DNA of 64,000 nt, taken from assembly GCF_010671925.1 (NCBI RefSeq), contig NZ_JAAHIH010000001.1:933053-997052 (forward strand), given 5' to 3'. The position numbers were made by a program, and so were the translations under genes. The DNA comes from Moorena sp. SIOASIH. Lineage in GTDB: Bacteria > Cyanobacteriota > Cyanobacteriia > Cyanobacteriales > Coleofasciculaceae. The notes under the pieces are model-generated. The model was not told the origin of the DNA, did no database searches, and saw only the letters and a program-made list of their open reading frames with translations. Numbering within the stretch: the stretch's first letter is position 1; every line of letters starts with the position of its first letter. This document shows positions 22,172 through 32,076 of this stretch, piece after piece.

Positions 22172-23275
22172 ATGAAAATCTCTCGTATTTCCGTCTATCA
22201 AGTAACCTTACCTCTAGAGCATCCTTACCGGCTATCAGGGGGTAGGTTGTATTTTGATAAACTTGATTCCACCATAGTTGCTATCGATACAGATGAAGGA
22301 ATCCGAGGTTGGGGAGAAGGATGTCCTTGGGGTTCAACTTATTTACCCGCTTTTGCCGGAGGTGTCAGGGCTGGAATTGAAGAGTTAGCTCCTCAACTCC
22401 TTGGACTCGATCCCAGACGTACGGATTTTATCTATCGGACGATGGATATTGCTCTACCGGGTCATCCCTACATTAAATCAGCGCTGGATATGGCTTGTTG
22501 GGATATCCTCGGCAAAGCAACGGGGCTAGCGCTTTGTGAACTGTTTGGTGGTCGTTTAGACCAACCAGTGATCATCCAAGATCTGATTTCCACCGGTACC
22601 CCAGAAGAAATGATCGAATCGATCGCCAGAGGTCAACAAAAAGGCTACACCATCCATAGTTGTAAGATTGGAGCAGATGTGGCTCTAGACATTGAGAGAA
22701 TTAAAGCGATTGGTGCTTATTTACCTGCCAATGAAAGTGCAACCTTTGATGTGAATCGAGCTTGGTTAGTAGATGAAGGGATGCGGGTGATGAACTCAAT
22801 AACGGAGCCAATTCTGTATTTTGAACAGCCCTGTGAAACCTATGAAGAATGTCTGCAACTGCGTCGAGTGACTTCTCATCCCATTATCCTAGATGAATGT
22901 ATTCAGCAGTATGGGGATATTGTCCGTGCTCAAGCAGACGGTGCTTGTGAGGCAATTGGGCTGAAGATTAATCGGGTTGGTGGTTTAACTAAAGCCAAGC
23001 GCATCCGAGACTTTTGTGTGGAAACGGGGATTCGGATGAATATTGAAGAAACTGGTGGTAGTGTAATTGCAGATACCGGAGCCGTACATCTGGCTCAGAG
23101 TACCCCAGAAACCCACTTGCGTGCAACTTGGTTATGCCATGATATGCTCACGGTTGAAACAGCCACAGGTGGTGCGCGGAATCAAGGGGGTAAGACTTTT
23201 GCGCCAGAAGCTCCAGGGCTTGGTGTAGAGCCAATACTTGATGTTTTGGGTGAAGCGATCGCGGTGTATGAATAG
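22172..23275 (+). CDS. Enolase-superfamily enzyme (mandelate racemase / muconate lactonising / amino-acid epimerase-dehydratase type)
   Basis: Spacing of the metal ligands D (FDVN), E (YFEQP) and D (ILDEC), a catalytic Lys in HSCKIG, and a capping N-terminal domain. Confidence 0.75.
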   Translation: MKISRISVYQVTLPLEHPYRLSGGRLYFDKLDSTIVAIDTDEGIRGWGEGCPWGSTYLPAFAGGVRAGIEELAPQLLGLDPRRTDFIYRTMDIALPGHPYIKSALDMACWDILGKATGLALCELFGGRLDQPVIIQDLISTGTPEEMIESIARGQQKGYTIHSCKIGADVALDIERIKAIGAYLPANESATFDVNRAWLVDEGMRVMNSITEPILYFEQPCETYEECLQLRRVTSHPIILDECIQQYGDIVRAQADGACEAIGLKINRVGGLTKAKRIRDFCVETGIRMNIEETGGSVIADTGAVHLAQSTPETHLRATWLCHDMLTVETATGGARNQGGKTFAPEAPGLGVEPILDVLGEAIAVYE

Positions 23276-23707
23276 ATGAAACCATGGTTTATACCCACAT
23301 TAGGCGCAATTTTGTGTTGGGGAGCTTGGGCCTTTTTGCCTAAACTTTCGGCTCAGTATATTAGCGATGGAAGTGGAATGGTCTATCAGGGATTAGGAGG
23401 AGCAATTGTTGCAACGCTTATCTTTCTGCATCTCAGGGATGGCCTGGAAACCCATCCAGGCGGGATTATAGCTGTAATTGCAGGAATGCTCAATTTTTTG
23501 GGAGTCCTATTTTATATCAAGGCAGTTTCTAAGGGGTCAGTAGCGATCGTTTCTACCCTATCTGCCCTTTATCCCTTAGTGGTCATTGTTCTGGGATTAG
23601 TTGTTTTGCACGAAACACTGACCCTGAAACAAAGCATTGGTATTGGTTTTGCCCTAGTTGCGATCGCCTTTGGCGCGGCGAAGCCGATCGCGCTAATTGC
23701 TACATAA
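23276..23707 (+). CDS. Small EamA/DMT-like membrane transporter (143 aa, about 4 TM helices)
   Basis: Hydrophobic helices. Start overlaps the upstream stop (TAGATG). EamA-like glycine-rich helices. Confidence 0.5.
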   Translation: MKPWFIPTLGAILCWGAWAFLPKLSAQYISDGSGMVYQGLGGAIVATLIFLHLRDGLETHPGGIIAVIAGMLNFLGVLFYIKAVSKGSVAIVSTLSALYPLVVIVLGLVVLHETLTLKQSIGIGFALVAIAFGAAKPIALIAT

Positions 23708-23728
23708 ATCAGGATAATTATATTGTAA

Positions 23729-24712
23729 ATGAATACCTTACCCATAATCTCGTTAACAAAATTAAAAGACCTCAATGGTTCAAACTCAGGCAACGAAGAA
23801 CACAAACGCCTCTACAACATCTGCTTAGAGCATGGATTTTTCTATTTGAAAGATCATGGCATTTCCGCCGATTTAGTTCAACAAACGATCGACAGCTCTC
23901 GTAAATTTTTCCAGTTGCCAGAGGACATTAAAAAAGCCTACGGCCAAGACAAACAAACCGTTTATCCCAACACCTCTAGGGGCTACATTCCCCTTTATGG
24001 CGAAACCTTCCATGAAGATGTTGGTCCTGATCCCAAGGAAGTTTTTGACCTTGGCATAGAACATCCACCTTCAGACAAGCCGTTTACTGGCTCTACCTTG
24101 ATTCCTGATGATACTGTAGCCCCTGGTTTTGCTGCATCCCACTATCAGCTTCAAGGGGAAATTATGACTAAAATTGTTCCCCACCTTCTCAGGGCACTGG
24201 CTGTTGCCTTGAACCTTGACCCGAATTGGTTTGACCCTTATTTTGATGATCCAATCCTGATCCATCGAGCCAATTACTATCCTTCTGAGTATGGCATTGC
24301 CGGAAAACACACAGATACCGGCATCTTCACCGTGTTAATCCAAGAGTATTTCCCAACCCCTTCCCTACGGGTTTATGCCAAAAATGCCTGGATTGATGCG
24401 GTTTGTTTACAAGATGCTTTTGTGATTAATTTGGGGGATATGTTGCAATACTGGACCAATGGCTTATTTGTCAGCACTGCCCATGAAGTGATTCATACAA
24501 GCCCCAATAGTCGGGTTTCTATCCCTGTTTTTGTATTCCCTAATTCCCATACAATTATTGAGCCAATGGGAACCAATGAAAAGATTAATTCTACCGACAT
24601 TATGCTGGAAAACTTTAATTCAGTTTGGGTGACTAAAACAGGGGCAGGTCGAGCTCGGGAATTAAAGTATTCTGAAAATGAAAAAACAAGACTAGCACGG
24701 TTACCAAAGTAG
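23729..24712 (+). CDS. 2-oxoglutarate/Fe(II)-dependent oxygenase (isopenicillin-N-synthase-like family)
   Basis: N-terminal DIOX_N-like region, an HxD...H facial triad (HTDTGIFTVL ... STAHEV), and RxS. Confidence 0.75.
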   Translation: MNTLPIISLTKLKDLNGSNSGNEEHKRLYNICLEHGFFYLKDHGISADLVQQTIDSSRKFFQLPEDIKKAYGQDKQTVYPNTSRGYIPLYGETFHEDVGPDPKEVFDLGIEHPPSDKPFTGSTLIPDDTVAPGFAASHYQLQGEIMTKIVPHLLRALAVALNLDPNWFDPYFDDPILIHRANYYPSEYGIAGKHTDTGIFTVLIQEYFPTPSLRVYAKNAWIDAVCLQDAFVINLGDMLQYWTNGLFVSTAHEVIHTSPNSRVSIPVFVFPNSHTIIEPMGTNEKINSTDIMLENFNSVWVTKTGAGRARELKYSENEKTRLARLPK

Positions 24713-25130
24713 CATGATTAGGATTTGGAGGAAAGGGAAAGATCAGTTGCAGGATTAGGGTGGAGGAAAAAATTGCAGTTTTAAAACCCGGTGTAGGCAC
24801 GACTGGGAATAAAAAACGATCGATATTTGCCCAACCCGCGAAACCCCAGCCGCGACACCAGGTCTTATTTTTCCCCTTCTTGTACCCTGCTTGACCGAAC
24901 CCAAGTTTTGCGATCGCATTAATCTTTACCTCTACAATCCCATCTCAATCCTCAAATACCTCTTTATCTCCTTAAAGGTGCTGCACTTGAGTCAATTTTG
25001 ATATAACCAAGACACAAAATCCCCCTCACCTTCAAAATCCAACAACCTGAGGAGGTGACAACACGGTCAATTTCTATAGCGCTTCTGATAGTAATTAGGT
25101 AAACAGGATTTTTTCCCTCTTGCCTCTAGC

Positions 25131-25321
25131 ATGCATCCCTCTTGCCTCTTGCCTCTTGCCTCTTGCCTATTATCTGCTTCACCCTTTATCGAAAATTAAT
25201 AGCTAGCAATTTTTGAAAATTGGTATAGGGTACCTAAATGAATTGTAAGAATTTTTGATGCCATAGTCCCTACTCCCTACTCCCTACTCCCTACTCCCTA
25301 CTCCCTACTCCCTGCTCCCTT
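25131..25321. repeat. STRR heptamers (CCTCTTG)n and (CCCTACT)n
   Basis: Direct reading. Confidence 0.9.
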
Positions 25322-25375
25322 TGTTATATAAGCTATCGTGGTGATTAAAGACTCGCGAACCAGCGACAGATTGCC

Positions 25376-27145
25376 ATGAGAAAATTTTTGATATTGTGTC
25401 TGTTTGTAATAGGGCTGGGTTTTGCCCTGTTTAACTTTAAAGGATTGGCAAATCAGGGGAATTTTGAGTCGATTGTGATCGACTTCCGGGAAGATATCCC
25501 AGCTGCTCAACTTAATGAGCAATTGCAAGCGATCGCACAACAATACGAGGTTAATCCCCAACTCAATAGTGAATTTTCAGCAGCGGATCACATTTATATC
25601 CTAAAAGGAGATAAACAACTGCTGAATACCCTGAAACAATCAGGACTCTCCCAAGCAACAGAATATATTGAACCGAACTATACCTATAGTGCCTTCGAGG
25701 TTCCCAATGACCCTGACTATGGCAAGCAGTGGAACCTGCGCAGCATTAATGTAGAATCTGCCTGGGATGACACCAAGGGTAGTGGCGTAACAGTAGCAGT
25801 GATTGACACTGGGATCAGCGCAGTCCCGGATTTGAAAGATACTGAATTTGTTGAAGGCTACGACTTTGTCAATGACCGGATTGAAGCATGGGATGATCAA
25901 GGTCACGGTACTCACGTAGCCGGTACCATTGCCCAATCTACCAACAATGGTTACGGTGTTGCCGGAATTGCTTACGAAGCTAGCCTGATGCCCCTAAAGG
26001 TATTGGCAGCCAGTGGTGGTGGTACAGTGGCTGATATTGCGGAAGCAATTCGCTTTGCCGCTGATCATGAGGTAGATGTAATCAACATGAGTTTAGGAGG
26101 GGCTGGTGAAAGCAATCTGATGGCAGAGGCAATCGACTATGCCTATCACAAAGGTGTTGTCCTAGTGGCTGCTGCTGGTAACTCTAACCAAAATGCTGCC
26201 GCTTATCCTGCCCGCTATCCCCATGTTATTGGTGTTTCTGCCCTTGATTCCGCAGGTCTGAAAGCTCCCTACTCTAACTTTGGTGCTGGGGTAGATATCT
26301 CAGCCCCTGGTGGCAGTGAAAATGGTAAGATTTTGCAAGAGACGATTGATGGAGAGACAGGCAGCCCCGTATTTGCTGGCTTCCAAGGCACCAGTATGGC
26401 ATCGCCTCACGTTGCTGGTGTGGCAGCTTTAATCAAAGCTAGTGGGATTCAAGACCCTGCTGATGTGTTGAATGTACTCAAGCAGTCTACCCGAGCGATA
26501 GAAGATGACCCCCTAAACCACTATGGTGCTGGACAATTGGATGCTGGTGCTGCGGTTAAACTGGCTCTGAAAGGACAAATTACCTTCCAAGACTTCTTCC
26601 GCTGGTTACGGGATAACGGCTATCTCAATCCTCGCTTTTGGATTGACGGTGGTGTGATCGCCCTGTGGCCAAAGATTGCTATGGTACTAGGTTCCTACCT
26701 GTTGGCCTGGTTCTTGCGCAATTATTTTCCCTTTACTTGGAGTTGGTCCCTGGCCACTGGCTTAGTAGCCGGGAGTTCAGGATTATTCTTCCTGAAAGGT
26801 TTGTATATATTTGACTTACCCCAATGGCCCTTCCGAGTCATGGGCAGTTCGATTCCAGAATTGGGTAGCGCTATTGGCAGCAGCAGTTTTCTTAACCCTC
26901 TATTTGCCAGTGTTGTGATTCCATTTATATTAATCGCGCTACTGTTAGGACATCCCCAATGGAAGTGGTTAGCAGTTGGTTCAGCTCTCGGTGTGGCCAG
27001 TTGCCTAGCCGTGAGTGCTGTGGTCTCACCTGAGCTAATCTGGCTTGGAGGCGGGGTTTTGTCTCGGGTGTTCCTGATTGCCAATGCCTTGCTCTGTTTT
27101 GGACTAGCTTATTTAGCCGTTCAAGGGGAGAAACAATCAGCATGA
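25376..27145 (+). CDS. S8 subtilisin-like serine peptidase fused to a C-terminal polytopic membrane domain
   Basis: Signal peptide. The D/H/S triad blocks VAVIDTGI, HGTHVAGTIA and GTSMASPHVAG. About 5-6 predicted TM helices in the last 170 aa. Confidence 0.85.
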   Translation: MRKFLILCLFVIGLGFALFNFKGLANQGNFESIVIDFREDIPAAQLNEQLQAIAQQYEVNPQLNSEFSAADHIYILKGDKQLLNTLKQSGLSQATEYIEPNYTYSAFEVPNDPDYGKQWNLRSINVESAWDDTKGSGVTVAVIDTGISAVPDLKDTEFVEGYDFVNDRIEAWDDQGHGTHVAGTIAQSTNNGYGVAGIAYEASLMPLKVLAASGGGTVADIAEAIRFAADHEVDVINMSLGGAGESNLMAEAIDYAYHKGVVLVAAAGNSNQNAAAYPARYPHVIGVSALDSAGLKAPYSNFGAGVDISAPGGSENGKILQETIDGETGSPVFAGFQGTSMASPHVAGVAALIKASGIQDPADVLNVLKQSTRAIEDDPLNHYGAGQLDAGAAVKLALKGQITFQDFFRWLRDNGYLNPRFWIDGGVIALWPKIAMVLGSYLLAWFLRNYFPFTWSWSLATGLVAGSSGLFFLKGLYIFDLPQWPFRVMGSSIPELGSAIGSSSFLNPLFASVVIPFILIALLLGHPQWKWLAVGSALGVASCLAVSAVVSPELIWLGGGVLSRVFLIANALLCFGLAYLAVQGEKQSA

Positions 27146-27369
27146 CGATCAGCATCACAGGCGTGATTGAGCGCAAAGAGATGGGGTCAGGAGTCTGGGC
27201 ACTGGTTTCTGACTCAGGGGGGGAAACCTATGAACTCAAGGACACTCCCGCACAGTTAAAGCAATCGGGACTGAAGGTCACGGTTACAGGAGAGGTGCGA
27301 GAGGATGTGATGACCTTTGCGATGATTGGTCCGGTTTTGGAGATCAAGTCCTTTGAGTTACTTGATTGA
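27142..27369 (+). CDS. Small hypothetical protein (75 aa), translationally coupled to the S8 peptidase (ATGA overlap)
   Basis: The 4-bp start/stop overlap suggests co-expression. No motif recognised. Confidence 0.4.
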   Translation: MTISITGVIERKEMGSGVWALVSDSGGETYELKDTPAQLKQSGLKVTVTGEVREDVMTFAMIGPVLEIKSFELLD

Positions 27370-27399
27370 GTATCTTGCCTCTTAAAGCAAGATAATCAG

Positions 27400-27465
27400 G
27401 ACGTAAGTATTCAGCTATCAGCGTGTCGCGTATCAGCTATCAGCTGACGGCTGAATGCTTACATC
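27400..27465. repeat. STRR-associated dispersed repeat (AGCTATCAGCGTGTCGCGTATCAGCTATCAGC ... GAATGCTTAC)
   Basis: The same unit is present at 2083-2110 and, inverted, at 18850-18890. Confidence 0.85.
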
Positions 27466-28088
27466 AGGACTTACCCATCAAGACCCTTAAAGCCCGCTTT
27501 CTAGTTATAAATCAAAGGCTGAAATCGCTGTAATTAGCGTCGATAAGCGGGTTTGTGCATCAGTCCTGACAAGTTAAGATGCTCCGGATCACCCTATTTG
27601 CCCATCATCCCATCAGCCTATTTCCCCATCACCCCATCACCCCATGTTCACTAGCTCCCTAAAAGCTATGCTCAAACATTATCTACCGATGGGGTGAAAC
27701 CCCAAGACTCAGTAATTACCGAGTCTTGTCAAAATCTTTACAAAAACCATAACAAAGCTCAAACAATACACCTAGAGCTTCTCCCTAAGACTGACAAACT
27801 GGTTAATACCAAGGATTAGGCAGTGTTGACCTGAATTAGCCAAGTTGAGGATCAGGCTGACTAAAATGCTCTGCAGACAGTGATGAAACCCCAAAGGAGT
27901 ATCTTGGGGAAAATTTCAGATGTTAAGCTAGTTGATAACACGCTTATCATAGTATCGATCAACCTAACCCTAATCCTTTCTCCTGGAAACCTTACTGATT
28001 CAGTAAATCCAAGGCTGGGTATGAGTACCAATTTCCAAAGGTGAAATTAGCTGGTTGCCAAGGCAATTTCCCCTGTTTTAAGTGCTTA

Positions 28089-28465
28089 AGACCGTGTCTT
28101 GATGCAAAGCGCGAGTGGGGGAAACCACGGCAGTTGCTCATCGGGGGAACCCCCAAGACCGCACTGCCTCACGGTCATCTCAAGCACCATTAGCAAGTTC
28201 AGGTGACGTGACCTCCCCAAGACCGTAATGGTGCGTTTGACCCGTAATTAAATTCGCCACGGGTCGCACCTCTGCATAGCTTAATCAGTTGGTGTTTAGA
28301 AGAAAAGGAGCAAGCAAACTAATCTATAGAGATGGCTAGATAGAGTGGGTAACACCTTACCACCCAGCGATGCAGCGCGGTCTTGGGGAGGCAGCGCGGT
28401 CTTGGGGGTTCCCCCCATGAGCGACTGCCGTGGTTTCCCCCATGAGCGACTGCATCAAGAAGTGA
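28089..28465. repeat. Large imperfect palindrome (about 95-nt arms, about 140-nt spacer) built from sub-repeats (GGGGGAAACCACGGCAGTYGCTCATSGGGGG and CCCCAAGACCGC)
   Basis: The reverse complement of 28370-28465 aligns to 28089-28165 and 28205-28225 with more than 85% identity. Candidate MITE or structured regulatory RNA. Confidence 0.8.
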
Positions 28466-28811
28466 AAAAAAATCCCCAGCTCACCAAAGTGAACCGGGGG
28501 TGTCAATCAGGGTGCATCTACCATTTCACTTTTCCGAGATTGGTGATAGCAATCCGGAAAAATCTGGGTAAAGTGGCACCCAAATGCTGGAATTAGGAAA
28601 TTTTCTGATTCACAACAATTAACAGAGTATGCCTTGGAAACCTTAAATAAAAAACGGCATCAATACCATGAGCCAACAAGAATTTTCCCCTAAAGGAATA
28701 CTCCTCAATAAGCAAATAGTAAACAAATATTCAAGAATTTTTAAACCTTCAGCCAAAGCTCGTCACTATGAGCAAAATTGATCCCTTGAAATTGAGCAAA
28801 ATTGGGCAACA

Positions 28812-31340
28812 GTGGCACAGGAATTCCATATCTCCGTAACCCCCTTAGGAAAACATGATGATTATCTGGTGCGCATCGAACGAGTGGCACCGGGAGTCTC
28901 ATTGGCAGAAGAACAAGTCAGTTGGCCGGTAGAAGAATGGTTAACCCAGGCCAAGCAACTGATGAATGACCCCCTATTTAGTGTCCTGCAGGGTAGGGCA
29001 GCTGGGGTGGATGGCAGTTTTGCCATGCCATCTTGGGGAGAACCGTACTCTCAATCCTCTTTAAACTTAGTTGCCTTGGGTCAGGAGCTATACAATGCCC
29101 TATTTAAAGGAAGCTTGCGCGATAGCTGGATGATGGCGCAAGCGATCGCTCAAAATCAACGGTCGGTTTTGCGGCTGCGTCTGGGATTGAAAGGCACAGA
29201 ATTACCCCGCCTACCTTGGGAAGTGCTTCATGCTGGGGATCGCCCCCTAGCCACAGGAACTGATGTGGCTTTCTCCCGCTACCAAATGACTAAAGGCTTG
29301 ATTAGACCAGTTCCTAAGCCTTTCTCCCAACCGAATCAACCTCTGAAAATTTTGATGGTGATCGCGGGTCCAAGTGATCAAGAAAGTTTAGAACTCTTAC
29401 AAGAAGCATCTCACCTGAAAGAAGAACTCCGCCATCGTTCACCCAATGGCCCCCCAGCGATTCATCTGACAATTCTGGAACAGCCAGGACGGGAACAGTT
29501 AACCCAAGCCCTGGAACAAGGAAAATATCAAGTCTTCCACTATGCTGGTCACTCTAACCTAGGGGAATCAGGTGGTGATGTTTACCTGGTTAGTAAAAAA
29601 ACTGGTTTGACAGAGACCGTAAGGGGTGATGATCTAGCGGGATTGTTAGTTAATAATGGTGTCCAGCTGGCTGTATTCAACTCCTGTCGTGGTGCTCATA
29701 CAGCTGCTTCAGATAGCCAGGAAAACGGTAACGATCAAAATCTCGCCCAAGCACTGGTTAAGCGTGGTATTCCTGGTGTTTTAGCCATGGCAGAGCGCAT
29801 CCCCGATGAGGTAGCCCTGACCCTAACCCGACTATTATACCGTAACATCAACCAGGGTTATCCCATTGACCTAAGCCTCTCGCGAGCTAGACAAGGACTC
29901 ATTTCTGCTTATGGCTCGAACCAGCTTTATTGGGCATTACCTGTTCTCTATCTGCATCCGGAATTCGATGGTTTCTTGACCAATGATGACCAGAGTTATG
30001 ACCGAAATCAAATATTTAGCCTGCCCGATCCTCCTGGAATGTCTGTAGGGTTAGACCCAGAAGAGGGTTTTTTTACACCACCAGCAGATAATGATTCTAC
30101 CACATTCTCAGAATTTGAGGAAGAGTCAGCTCTTGTCTCTAGGGGAGAAGCTGAGTATGACCATGAAAGTCTCACTGGTGTACCACAGGGTTTAGAATCT
30201 CATCCACTAGAAGCAGACGATCCCGCTGCTTTCATTAAGGGATTGCTGGATCAGCTGAATACAGAGGCTCAGGGTGGGGAATCAACAATAGCAGCATCGA
30301 ATTTAGAGGGGTTATCGGAAAACCCTTACTCAGACACTGCTCAGAAGAACTTACCAGTCCATACCCCAAGTCAACTCCCTGCTGCTAGGAAAGCAACAGC
30401 TGCCACCCTGACTGCGGCTTTGTCTACGGAGGGCTCAACCCAATCAGCGCCAAAGCTTGAGGATACCACAGCAGCAGTTGAGGCTAAAAAGGTAACTAAT
30501 CCTAAACAGAAGGGTTCAAGGTTACCACGTTCACCATTGTGGATCGGACTAGGAGCAACGGGAACTCTTGCCTTAGTACTTTTGGGCGTTTGGTTTTTCC
30601 AGAACCCTCCTACTTCTGGGCCAGGGAGACAATTACCACCAGGTCTCTCCAAACCTGTTGATTACTCAAATGTGAATTTGAAAAAAGCTAAAACCAACAC
30701 GGTCACAGCGATCGCAATTCAAGCATTCAGTAAGGGTAATATTATTCGAGGAACCGAAGCTGTAACGGCATTGCTAGACCGGGGTGCATTACCCGAGGCT
30801 TCTGCTGCCCTTCAGGAAGTTCCCTCAGAACAATTGAATCAGTCAATGGTGAGTTTTTTAAGAGGGCGTCTGGCATGGCAGTCGATCCAGACCGGCTCGG
30901 ATGAATACAGTCTGGATGATGTCAGACGTTATTGGCAAAGAGCAGTCAAACAAGAACCTGACTCTTGGACTTACCGTAATGCCCTAGGGTTTGCCTATTA
31001 CGCTGAAGGCAAATACGAAGGAGCTAACCAAGCTTGGTATGATGCATTGTACAGGAGTAGCAACAAGAAATCTACAACAGTTGGATCTGGAAAATCCAGC
31101 AATTCCCAAAAATTGAATACCTATGCTGGCTTAGCGCTAGGGTCGTGGAAATCGGCTCAAGAACAAAACGGAGCTAAGCGGGCGAGTTTGTCCCAACAAT
31201 CCCTCAAGCTACGGCAACATGTGCTCACCAATGACCCGATTAACTTCCAACCTGATGCCTTGAGCAAGAACTGGCTTTGGTCACAGCAAGCGATTAAAGA
31301 TTGGCAATCGCTTTTAGAGGTTAGAACTTCTAACAATTGA
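28812..31340 (+). CDS. Membrane-anchored CHAT-domain (caspase-like) peptidase with a C-terminal TPR-like region
   Basis: CHAT core with His in FHYAGHSNLG and Cys in AVFNSCRGAH. One TM helix (LWIGLGATGTLALVLLGVWFF). C-terminal helical repeats. GTG start. Confidence 0.8.
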   Translation: MAQEFHISVTPLGKHDDYLVRIERVAPGVSLAEEQVSWPVEEWLTQAKQLMNDPLFSVLQGRAAGVDGSFAMPSWGEPYSQSSLNLVALGQELYNALFKGSLRDSWMMAQAIAQNQRSVLRLRLGLKGTELPRLPWEVLHAGDRPLATGTDVAFSRYQMTKGLIRPVPKPFSQPNQPLKILMVIAGPSDQESLELLQEASHLKEELRHRSPNGPPAIHLTILEQPGREQLTQALEQGKYQVFHYAGHSNLGESGGDVYLVSKKTGLTETVRGDDLAGLLVNNGVQLAVFNSCRGAHTAASDSQENGNDQNLAQALVKRGIPGVLAMAERIPDEVALTLTRLLYRNINQGYPIDLSLSRARQGLISAYGSNQLYWALPVLYLHPEFDGFLTNDDQSYDRNQIFSLPDPPGMSVGLDPEEGFFTPPADNDSTTFSEFEEESALVSRGEAEYDHESLTGVPQGLESHPLEADDPAAFIKGLLDQLNTEAQGGESTIAASNLEGLSENPYSDTAQKNLPVHTPSQLPAARKATAATLTAALSTEGSTQSAPKLEDTTAAVEAKKVTNPKQKGSRLPRSPLWIGLGATGTLALVLLGVWFFQNPPTSGPGRQLPPGLSKPVDYSNVNLKKAKTNTVTAIAIQAFSKGNIIRGTEAVTALLDRGALPEASAALQEVPSEQLNQSMVSFLRGRLAWQSIQTGSDEYSLDDVRRYWQRAVKQEPDSWTYRNALGFAYYAEGKYEGANQAWYDALYRSSNKKSTTVGSGKSSNSQKLNTYAGLALGSWKSAQEQNGAKRASLSQQSLKLRQHVLTNDPINFQPDALSKNWLWSQQAIKDWQSLLEVRTSNN

Positions 31341-31424
31341 CGGGTTTTGCGTCAACGGTCAAGAGTGAACCAAGGGCAAATTAGCAAATTAAGGGCACAT
31401 TAAATCACCACTAGCATCAGCTGA

Positions 31425-32012
31425 TTATTGATCCCGCATCAAGGAAGACAGAGAGCGGCGCTTACGCATATCCATCATGTTGGCAAGAGTCTCGTCTTGA
31501 GCATTGGTCTGATCAGTAGGCTCTGGTGGCAAAACCGTTACCTCGGTCTGTTGGTCATCACTCCTGTTTTGTGATGGTGGTAATAATGGTACTGATTTGA
31601 CTGGTTGTTGTTTGCGAGTCGCCTTACGGCGTCTAGAATTACGGCGTCGCCTTCTACTGCTGACACTAGATGTTATCGGTCTTTTCGGTTTCGTTTTCCG
31701 GCTTGAAAATTTTAGAGCCTGAGTAAGCAATAAGCAACCGCTGGCGCAGCCTACAGCAACAACACCAAACAAAGACAGAGGCACAGCCTCTTTCGCTGCT
31801 GATGCCCGCAGTTGGGCCAGAGCTGGTTGTGGATTATTGGCTTCTTCTTCAATCGGTCCAGGATCAATCAGACCAATAGTTGCTATGCTACCGGCTAAGA
31901 CCATAACAACCCAAAGCCCAACCCAAACAGCAATCTGATGATTGTATATTAGCGTTTGGATGGACTGGAAGTAATCTTGCTTTTGAGCCTGATGACCAGA
32001 TGGTTTAGACAT
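31425..32012 (-). CDS. Hypothetical membrane protein with an Arg-rich cytoplasmic segment (195 aa)
   Basis: Two TM helices and the RRRRRNSRRRKATRK block. ORF only. Confidence 0.4.
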   Translation of the reverse strand: MSKPSGHQAQKQDYFQSIQTLIYNHQIAVWVGLWVVMVLAGSIATIGLIDPGPIEEEANNPQPALAQLRASAAKEAVPLSLFGVVAVGCASGCLLLTQALKFSSRKTKPKRPITSSVSSRRRRRNSRRRKATRKQQPVKSVPLLPPSQNRSDDQQTEVTVLPPEPTDQTNAQDETLANMMDMRKRRSLSSLMRDQ

Positions 32013-32076
32013 CGACGCTCACGATTAGTTAAAAAACACGCTGACGGCATTTTAGCATGGCTAGTCAGTTCGACCA

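Noticed and set aside
28345-28596. 83-aa ORF
   Set aside because: It falls entirely inside the large palindrome. Its translation comes from the GC-rich sub-repeats, which probably form RNA/DNA structure rather than code for protein.
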